The notes under the pieces: generated by a model
What the model was told of the DNA's origin: nothing
The model's database searches: none
The model's input: only the letters and a program-made list of their open reading frames with translations
Source: Halorussus marinus
GTDB taxonomy: Archaea > Halobacteriota > Halobacteria > Halobacteriales > Haladaptataceae
DNA: 20,000 nucleotides
NCBI RefSeq assembly: GCF_004765795.1
Contig: NZ_SBIV01000011.1
Span: forward strand, 55,351-75,350
Direction of reading: 5' to 3'
Program-made: the position numbers and the translations under genes
Shown: positions 10,190 through 14,787 of the stretch, piece by piece
Position numbering within the stretch: the stretch's first letter is position 1
Layout of the letters: each line of letters begins with the position of its first letter

Positions 10190-11434
10190 CTACTCGCTCA
10201 CCGCTGACGCGGCTCGCTCCGTGAGGGTCGGGCTTCCTGCTTCTATGACGCGCTTTGCAGATACCGAATCGGTATCCACAGGAAGCGCAGTCTCCACAGG
10301 CGTTCGTTCGGAGTGTCCCACTCCTACTTTTTCGAGACCGCGAGAAAGGATATTCCACGCCGCGTTCGCGTCCCTGTCCGTCTCAAACCCGCAGGCAGGA
10401 CAGGAGTGTTCCCGAACCCACAGCGGTTTCTCCGTCGAGACGCCGCACGACGCGCACTCCTTGGTCGTCCCTCTCGGGTTGACCGCCACGAAGTGCGTTC
10501 CCTCTCGCTTGCACTTGTATTCGAGCAACGAGAGAAACGTCCGCCACGCGGCAGATGCCGTGTTGCGGCTGTTCGACGGCGACTCCAGCATCCCCTTCAC
10601 GTCCAGGTCTTCGACCGCCACCAGGTCGTACTCCCGAGCGTAGTAGTTCGAGAGTTTGTGCAAGAAGTCGCGGCGCTTTCGCTTGAGGGTGGCGTGGCGT
10701 TCAGCCACGACCTGCCGTTGTTTCTCCCAATTCGCGGAGCCGTGTTCCTTCCGCGAGAGGTCGCGCTGTTCGCTTTCGAGCCGTTCGCGCTCGTCAGAGA
10801 GGTCTGGCGACCCGACCGCCGTGCCATCGGTGTCATGAGCGTACTTGAGAATCCCCACGTCGATGCCGACGCACTTCTCGGGGGTTTCGGGCTTCGCGGG
10901 TGGTTCGCGGTCCATTTCGACGCCGAACGTGGCGAACCACTCGCCCGTCGGTTCCTTCTTGAGCGTGACCTGCTTGAGTGTCGCGTCGTCGGGGATGGCG
11001 CGGTGGAGCCGAATCGGTATATCTCCGAGTTTCGAGAGTGATAGGACAGTCTGACCGCCCTTCTTGTCGAGCTTGAAGCCAGACTGGTTGTACGTGAAAC
11101 TGCGGAACTCCCGTGGTGGCTTCCATTTGAGTTGGCCGACGCCGTAGCCGTTCTCCTTGAGCTTCGAGAGGCTGTTGAGGTTGTCGAACAGGCGTTCCAC
11201 GACGGTTTGGAGAACTTTCGAGTACACGTCGGAGAGGTCGTCCCACCACTGTTTGAGGTCGGGAAGTTCCGACCGCAGGGTGGTCATGGACGGCAATTCG
11301 CCGTGGTTTTCTCGGTACTCGTTGAGGCGGTAGAGCGTGTGGTTGTAGAGTTGCCTACAAATGTCTCGGTGGCGGTCCAACGCCTCGCGGTGGGCGTCGG
11401 ACGGCTTGAGACGGTACTTGTAGGCGTAGTACAT
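10190..11434 (-). CDS. tnpB: RNA-guided endonuclease TnpB (IS200/IS605 OrfB)
   Basis: N-terminal YKYRLKPS...CRQLYN. RuvC residues intact (VGIDVG, VAVEDL, DRDANAAWNI). Zn ribbon CASC...CPAC. Confidence 0.96.
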   Translation of the reverse strand: MYYAYKYRLKPSDAHREALDRHRDICRQLYNHTLYRLNEYRENHGELPSMTTLRSELPDLKQWWDDLSDVYSKVLQTVVERLFDNLNSLSKLKENGYGVGQLKWKPPREFRSFTYNQSGFKLDKKGGQTVLSLSKLGDIPIRLHRAIPDDATLKQVTLKKEPTGEWFATFGVEMDREPPAKPETPEKCVGIDVGILKYAHDTDGTAVGSPDLSDERERLESEQRDLSRKEHGSANWEKQRQVVAERHATLKRKRRDFLHKLSNYYAREYDLVAVEDLDVKGMLESPSNSRNTASAAWRTFLSLLEYKCKREGTHFVAVNPRGTTKECASCGVSTEKPLWVREHSCPACGFETDRDANAAWNILSRGLEKVGVGHSERTPVETALPVDTDSVSAKRVIEAGSPTLTERAASAVSE

Positions 11435-11437
11435 CCG

Positions 11438-11557
11438 TTACTCTCGTTCTTCAATTAGTTCGTCCAGTTGCTCACGGATGAACGACGAGAGGTTAAGATG
11501 GTGGTCTTCTATCCACTCGTCTTGGTCCTCTCGGATGGTGATTGTCTTCCGCTTCAC
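11438..11557 (-). CDS. 39-aa ribbon-helix-helix-like protein upstream of tnpB
   Basis: GTG start, MKRKTITIREDQDEWIEDHHLNLSSFIREQLDELIEERE. Alternating beta-strand followed by a helix-turn-helix pattern. Ends 3 nt before the tnpB ATG. Confidence 0.7.
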   Translation of the reverse strand: MKRKTITIREDQDEWIEDHHLNLSSFIREQLDELIEERE

Positions 11558-11826
11558 TGTAATGCACGTTATGCACATTATACATATAGTGTCTTCGGTG
11601 GCGTGGGCCTGTGGGCCGAGCGTCGAACGTGTTTGAGAACTGTGCGGCACTGTATCCCCTCCCTACTGTGCTACTCGGTCGCTTTGCTCCCTGCGTTGCT
11701 CCTTGAGTAAGGGGGCTTAGTGCCTCAATTCAGCTAACGGAAGCGGATTCGAGGAACGATTCCTCTAACAATATACCTGGCGCAGGGGTTCACGACCTCC
11801 TTGTCTGTGGTTACCACACCCTGACT

Positions 11827-11837
11827 AACTTTAATAC
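11827..11837 (+). promoter_or_regulatory. Candidate BRE/TATA promoter of the tRNA/Y-RNA/Ro60 locus
   Basis: AA-C-TTTAATA at 11827-11836, about 25 nt before the structured region begins (about 11860). No other obvious TATA before the first tRNA. Confidence 0.55.
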
Positions 11838-11859
11838 AGTTGCCACAATATCCCGTAAT

Positions 11860-12310
11860 TGACGTCCGAAACAAATCTCGAAAACGGAGAATTTCGCAAC
11901 ATGGTCGATACTCGCTTCAAACCGCGGCGTGCTCGTTCTCGCTTAGCCGCGGGTCGCGTGTTCGGCGAGTATCTACAAGACCAGCGTGCGAAGAGTTCGG
12001 CCGAAAATCGCTGGGCTTGCGTCACCATCGAACGCGAAAGTGCGACGCACTCCGGCGATCTCCGGACACTCTCACCCGCATAACCCGGCTCCCACGCGGA
12101 CTACCCGTCAGGGGCTGGGGAACACGGGATTGCCGCCTGCTTTCGCCTAGTACTCGCTTCGCTCACAGCGTCACGCGAGTACGGCGACTGAAGCTCGCGG
12201 CAGTTTGGTCTGCGTTCGCTCCGGACAATGGAACGAACGAGCGATTCCGTACGCGCTGAGCGTATGAAGAGTCGCTAGCACACATCCCCCGCAGCGAGAG
12301 CTGCGGCTAC
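11860..12310 (+). ncRNA. Unassigned highly structured leader RNA(s)
   Basis: Nested or consecutive helices: TTCGCA/TGCGAA, TGGTC/GACCA, GATACTCGC/GCGAGTATC, CCGCGGC/GCCGCGG, ATCGCTGG/CCGGCGAT, TGCGTC/GACGCA, GTACTCGC/GCGAGTAC, CGTTCG/CGAACG, AGCGATTC/GAGTCGCT, CCGCAGC-GAGA-GCTGCGG. Confidence 0.5.
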
Positions 12311-12314
12311 GTCA

Positions 12315-12390
12315 AGCCCCGGAGTCTCCGTTGGCGAGGGACGCCGGACTTTGAATCCGGAGGTCGCCGGTTCGATTCCGGCCGGGGCGA
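12315..12390 (+). tRNA. tRNA-Gln(TTG)
   Basis: Anticodon arm CCGGA-CTTTGAA-TCCGG, T arm GCCGG-TTCGATT-CCGGC, acceptor GCCCCG/CGGGGC. A1:G72 mismatch and G at position 8. Confidence 0.85.
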
Positions 12391-12396
12391 CTGCAT

Positions 12397-12470
12397 GCCG
12401 ACGTGGTGTAATCCGGCGAGCATACGGTCCTGTCACGGCCGTGATCCGGGTTCAAATCCCGGCGTCGGCG
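12397..12470 (+). tRNA. tRNA-Asp(GTC)
   Basis: GCCGACG/CGTCGGC acceptor, CGGTC-CTGTCAC-GGCCG, CCGGG-TTCAAAT-CCCGG, G73. Confidence 0.93.
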
Positions 12471-12475
12471 TGGAT

Positions 12476-12625
12476 GCGTGGCGTGGCCACGTGGGGATAC
12501 CCATCGAGGTAGGCAGCCCGTTGGTGCGATCAGCTGGATCGTTCCCACGATGCTGGGCCCAGCAGGGTCTGCAACCTACATGAGCCGGTGTGGTATTCCC
12601 GGGAGCACCCGAAGTACGCCCCCGC
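12476..12625 (+). ncRNA. Unassigned multi-branch structured RNA within the tRNA array
   Basis: GGCGT/ACGCC, GGGGATACC/GGTATTCCC, CATCG/CGGTG, GTAGG/CCTAC, CAGCCC/GGG(T)CTG enclosing hairpins CGATC/GATCG and TGCTG/CAGCA. Confidence 0.5.
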
Positions 12626-12722
12626 GATGAGACGCACAATCACGACTACCCGTTCGTGATTGCGCAGTCGGAAACAGTCGTACAGATAGATAATCAACTG
12701 CCGAACGCTCGGCAGTACCCGT

Positions 12723-12795
12723 GAGCCGATAGTCCAGCGGACGACGATCTGTGCCTTGGGCGCACAGGACCGAGGTTCGAATCCTCGTCGGCTCA
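12723..12795 (+). tRNA. tRNA-Pro(TGG)
   Basis: GAGCCGA/TCGGCTC, TGTGC-CTTGGGC-GCACA, CGAGG-TTCGAAT-CCTCG. Confidence 0.9.
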
Positions 12796-12799
12796 GTGT

Positions 12800-12882
12800 G
12801 CCGTGTCTGGGGAATGGTGACCCCACTGGCCTGCTACGCCAGCCTCGGCGACGGGTTCCCGGTTCGACTCCGGGACACGGCG
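12800..12882 (+). tRNA. tRNA-Ser(GCT)
   Basis: GCCGTGT/ACACGGC, CTGGC-CTGCTAC-GCCAG, long variable arm, CCCGG-TTCGACT-CCGGG, G73. C at position 8. Confidence 0.88.
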
Positions 12883-12884
12883 TG

Positions 12885-13025
12885 ATGCCAAAGAATATCT
12901 GCCCTGACTGCAACGAGGAAGCGTTCCGCCACGTCCCGCTCGGCGAAACAACCTCAATCGACACGATTGGAAGTGTGAGAATCTGCGTCACCGACGAAGG
13001 CACGTACTTCCACGGAACGAGGTGA
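12885..13025 (+). CDS. 46-aa small protein with a CPxC motif (putative Zn-binding microprotein)
   Basis: ATG 2 nt after tRNA-Ser. MPKNICPDCNEEAFRHVPLGETTSIDTIGSVRICVTDEGTYFHGTR. Acidic, haloarchaeal-type codon use, lies in a gap with little RNA structure. Confidence 0.65.
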   Translation: MPKNICPDCNEEAFRHVPLGETTSIDTIGSVRICVTDEGTYFHGTR

Positions 13026-13026
13026 C

Positions 13027-13140
13027 AGCCTTTCGCCCCTACCGTGACTGGGTGCTGGTGAACTCATTCACCCCGAAAGCGAGGGTCAGAAGCTGAGCAA
13101 TATGCATCTTCCGACATTCCGTGAGTAACGCGAAGGGGCT
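13027..13140 (+). ncRNA. Unassigned structured RNA candidate
   Basis: Ends pair (AGCCTTTCGC/GCGAAGGGGCT). Inner GGGTGC/GCATCT encloses small hairpins GGTGAA/TTCACC, CCC/GGG and TCAG/CTGA. Confidence 0.4.
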
Positions 13141-13166
13141 CGTCGGAGCAAGCTCCGACGGCGTGT

Positions 13167-13248
13167 GGTGAGACAAGCAGATTGGTGACTGCGCTCGGTT
13201 TGAAACCGAGAGCTGCGAGGCTTCGGAGTTCGAATCTCCGTCTCACTG
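13167..13248 (+). tRNA. tRNA-Ser(TGA)
   Basis: GGTGAGA/TCTCACT, CTCGG-TTTGAAA-CCGAG, long variable arm, CGGAG-TTCGAAT-CTCCG. Confidence 0.88.
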
Positions 13249-13250
13249 TT

Positions 13251-13336
13251 GGCGGGATTTCCCTAGCCCGGCCAAGGGACCGCGTTGGAAGCGCGGCGTC
13301 CGCGAGGGCACGAGTGTTCAAATCACTCTCCCGCCG
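13251..13336 (+). tRNA. tRNA-Ser(GGA)
   Basis: GGCGGGA/TCCCGCC, CCGCG-TTGGAAG-CGCGG, long variable arm, GAGTG-TTCAAAT-CACTC. Confidence 0.88.
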
Positions 13337-13383
13337 CTGCGTGCCGAAGTGATTCGCAGAGTCGTTAGCGATTCTCGAATTGC

Positions 13384-13465
13384 GCCGCCATGCCAGAGTG
13401 GTCAAACGGACACGGTCGAGAACCGTGTGGTTAGTCCTTCCCAGGTTCGAATCCCGGTGGCGGCA
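13384..13465 (+). tRNA. tRNA-Leu(GAG), atypical (C33, T-stem mismatch)
   Basis: GCCGCCA/TGGCGGC, CACGG-TCGAGAA-CCGTG, variable arm, CCAGG-TTCGAAT-CCCGG with an A:C mismatch. Confidence 0.8.
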
Positions 13466-13505
13466 TACCGGTCACGGTACCGGTAGACGATTCCCTGTAT
13501 TCTCT

Positions 13506-13588
13506 GTCGCCGTACCCAAGTGGTCAACGGGAAGCGGCTCAGAACCGCTGGCGTAGGTCCTCCCGAGGTTCGAATCCTCGCGGCGACA
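13506..13588 (+). tRNA. tRNA-Leu(CAG)
   Basis: GTCGCCG/CGGCGAC, AGCGG-CTCAGAA-CCGCT, variable arm, CGAGG-TTCGAAT-CCTCG, A73. Confidence 0.92.
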
Positions 13589-13591
13589 CTT

Positions 13592-13663
13592 CTCTCCGTG
13601 GTCAAGTGGTCACGACACCTCCCTGTAGAGGAGGAGATGCACGTTCGAGTCGTGCCGGAGAGA
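13592..13663 (+). tRNA. tRNA-Tyr(GTA)
   Basis: CTCTCCG/CGGAGAG with archaeal-type C1-G72 and A73, CCTCC-CTGTAGA-GGAGG, short variable loop, GCACG-TTCGAGT-CGTGC. Confidence 0.92.
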
Positions 13664-13667
13664 CTGC

Positions 13668-13794
13668 GGGGCGGTGGAAGAGCCTGGCATTCACACACTC
13701 TCGCCGAGTTTTCACCGGAGACCCGGTGCGACGGAGAGAGTTCCTTCATCTCACTTGTAACGAGAACACGCAGGTTCGAATCCTGCCCGTCCCA
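13668..13794 (+). ncRNA. tRNA-like RNA (TGT/Thr anticodon) carrying a 55-nt insertion with the Y-RNA motif
   Basis: GGGGCGG/CCGTCCC acceptor, TCTCA-CTTGTAA-CGAGA, GCAGG-TTCGAAT-CCTGC. Deleting 13694-13748 leaves a 72-nt cloverleaf. The insert folds as CTCTCGCCG-AGTTTTC-ACCGG-AGAC-CCGGT-GCGA-CGGAGAGAG-TTCCTTCA. Confidence 0.8.
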
Positions 13795-13795
13795 C

Positions 13796-13824
13796 TGACC
13801 GATGACCCTTGACGGGCGAGGTCA
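13796..13824 (+). other. Kink-turn-like hairpin in a tRNA spacer
   Basis: TGACC-GAT-GA-CCCT...GGGC-GA-GGTCA: a canonical stem, a 3-nt bulge and tandem G.A/A.G pairs. Confidence 0.55.
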
Positions 13825-13828
13825 CTCT

Positions 13829-13901
13829 GCTCCAGTGGAGTAGCGGCCAAACTCACGGCCCTCTCACGGCCGAGCCCTCGGTTCGAATCCGGGCTGGAGC
13901 A
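13829..13901 (+). tRNA. tRNA-Glu(CTC)
   Basis: GCTCCAG/CTGGAGC, GAGT/ACTC D stem, CGGCC-CTCTCAC-GGCCG, CTCGG-TTCGAAT-CCGGG. Confidence 0.93.
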
Positions 13902-13904
13902 TGC

Positions 13905-13977
13905 GGGCCCGGAGCCTATGAGGACAGGCAAGCGGCTTTTAACCGCAGGATAGCGGGTTCGAATCCCGTCGGGCCCT
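13905..13977 (+). tRNA. tRNA-Lys(TTT)
   Basis: GGGCCCG/CGGGCCC, GCCT/AGGC, GCGG-CTTTTAA-CCGC, GCGGG-TTCGAAT-CCCGT. G at position 8. Confidence 0.88.
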
Positions 13978-13983
13978 ATCGGT

Positions 13984-14057
13984 GCCTGGGAGACCCCCCT
14001 GGTGGGGGTGCTGGGCTGTTACCCCGGTCGCGGGAGGTTCAAGTCCTTCCCCAGGCG
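13984..14057 (+). tRNA. tRNA-Asn(GTT)
   Basis: GCCTGGG/CCCAGGC, ACCC/GGGT, CTGGG-CTGTTAC-CCCGG, GGAGG-TTCAAGT-CCTTC, G73. Atypical A8 and D loop. Confidence 0.82.
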
Positions 14058-14086
14058 CTCGGAACCACTAGTTCCATAGCAGTGAG

Positions 14087-14162
14087 GCTCCCGGAGTCTC
14101 CGTTGGCGAGGGACGCCAGCCTTTCAAGCTGGAGATCGGGGGTTCGATTCCCCTCGGGAGCA
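14087..14162 (+). tRNA. tRNA-Glu(TTC)
   Basis: GCTCCCG/CGGGAGC, CCAGC-CTTTCAA-GCTGG, GGGGG-TTCGATT-CCCCT. G at position 8. Confidence 0.88.
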
Positions 14163-14165
14163 CTC

Positions 14166-14249
14166 GGGAACTGATAGTGGACAGTGACGCTCTGTGTCGT
14201 ACCAGCAAGGTAGCGACGCAGACCGGTGACGCGTCCTCTGTCGGTTCCC
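14166..14249 (+). ncRNA. Unassigned long hairpin RNA
   Basis: GGGAACTGATAG/CTGTCGGTTCCC, GGAC/GTCC, internal loop with GTGACGC on both strands, TCTGTGTCG/CGACGCAGA, TACC/GGTA. Confidence 0.5.
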
Positions 14250-14253
14250 ATAG

Positions 14254-14344
14254 CGTGCGGTCGACGAGACGGTGCGTTCCTTCAGCCCGCAAGGCCCACA
14301 CCGGGAGTCATAGCCCGTCGCGCCATCAGTTTCCCGACCGCACG
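14254..14344 (+). ncRNA. Candidate Y RNA 1 (short, no tRNA-like domain)
   Basis: Terminal stem CGTGCGGTCG/CGACCGCACG, internal loop ACGA/AGTTTCC, second stem GACGGTGCG/CGCGCCATC, then TTCCTTCA. Near the Ro60 gene. Confidence 0.75.
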
Positions 14345-14492
14345 TGGCGACCGTCGAGTCGGGGCGTTGCTTCGCCAGGAACTCGCAGGTTCAAATCCTG
14401 TCGGTGGCCTCGTCCATCGAGAACATCCCGGACAAAGAGAGCACGTGGGTGCTCTCGACACCGGATCCGCCTCGACAGTTTCCCGGTCGCCA
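14345..14492 (+). ncRNA. Candidate Y RNA 2 (T arm and closed acceptor-like stem)
   Basis: TGGCGACCG/CGGTCGCCA, loop TCGA/AGTTTCC, GTCGGGGCG/CGCCTCGAC, TTGCTTCG. T arm GCAGG-TTCAAAT-CCTGT followed by CGGTGG/CCATCG. Extra hairpin GAGAGCAC/GTGCTCTC. Confidence 0.78.
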
Positions 14493-14502
14493 TCACTCAT
14501 CC

Positions 14503-14639
14503 CGTGGCCGTCGAGTTGGAGCCATCCTTCGCCTCTGGAGCCGGAAGTCCGGGTTCGAATCCCGGCGGTGGAATCCGTTCTTCCACCGTAGTGTAACCAG
14601 GTAGCACGCTGTTCCGGCTCCAGCAGTTTTCCGGCCACG
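14503..14639 (+). ncRNA. Candidate Y RNA 3, YrlA-like with circularly permuted tRNA domain
   Basis: CGTGGCCG/CGGCCACG, loop TCGA/AGTTTTC, GTTGGAGCC/GGCTCCAGC, ATCCTTCG. Then T arm CCGGG-TTCGAAT-CCCGG, loop-closed acceptor CGGTGGAA-TCCGTTC-TTCCACCG, TA, and D arm GTGT-AACCAGGTA-GCAC. Confidence 0.85.
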
Positions 14640-14644
14640 TCCTT

Positions 14645-14719
14645 GTCTCCGTAGCTCAGTCCGGACAGAGCACCGGCCTTCGAAGCCGGGTGTCGCACGT
14701 TCGAATCGTGCCGGGGACG
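14645..14719 (+). tRNA. tRNA-Arg(TCG)
   Basis: GTCTCCG/CGGGGAC, GCTC/GAGC, CCGGC-CTTCGAA-GCCGG, GCACG-TTCGAAT-CGTGC. Confidence 0.94.
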
Positions 14720-14787
14720 TTCGCTGCTCGCACCACGTGTGAGCAGCACTAGTATCGGAGTCGCCTGTTGCGGCTCCGAGTGATAGC

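Larger units (their letters stand above)
10175..11733 (-). mobile_element. IS200/IS605-family, IS1341-type element (tnpB without tnpA)
   Basis: Contains tnpB. Minus-strand right end ...GGGTAGGGTAGTTCAC ends at 10175. Left-end-like sequence CTGAATTGAGGCACTAAGCCCCC follows TTAG (11737-11734). The left boundary is approximate. Confidence 0.75.

Noticed and set aside
11901..12210. Additional Y-RNA motif copies in the leader (GGTCGA...CTTCA at about 11903-11919; CAGTTT at about 12201)
   Set aside because: Spacing and partner strand do not fit the NCGA-N9-WTSCTTC/AGTTTYC pattern seen in the four accepted copies.
12480..12510. Faint 5S rRNA-like words (GGCCA...GGGG...TACCCATC)
   Set aside because: Lacks the conserved CCGAAC and the 5S helix layout.
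13055..13090. Hammerhead-like CTGGTGA...CGAAA
   Set aside because: The core deviates from CUGANGA and I could not build the three required stems.
13694..13748. Conventional archaeal tRNA intron in the Thr-like gene
   Set aside because: No 3-4-3 bulge-helix-bulge at the junctions, and the insert matches the Y-RNA motif instead. A relaxed splice motif cannot be fully excluded.
12300..14720. CRISPR array suggested by recurring GGTTCGAATCC; Cas4 assignment for 1039-1944
   Set aside because: The repeats are tRNA T arms with irregular spacing. No cas1, cas2 or effector genes are present, and the nuclease is coupled to a UvrD helicase.
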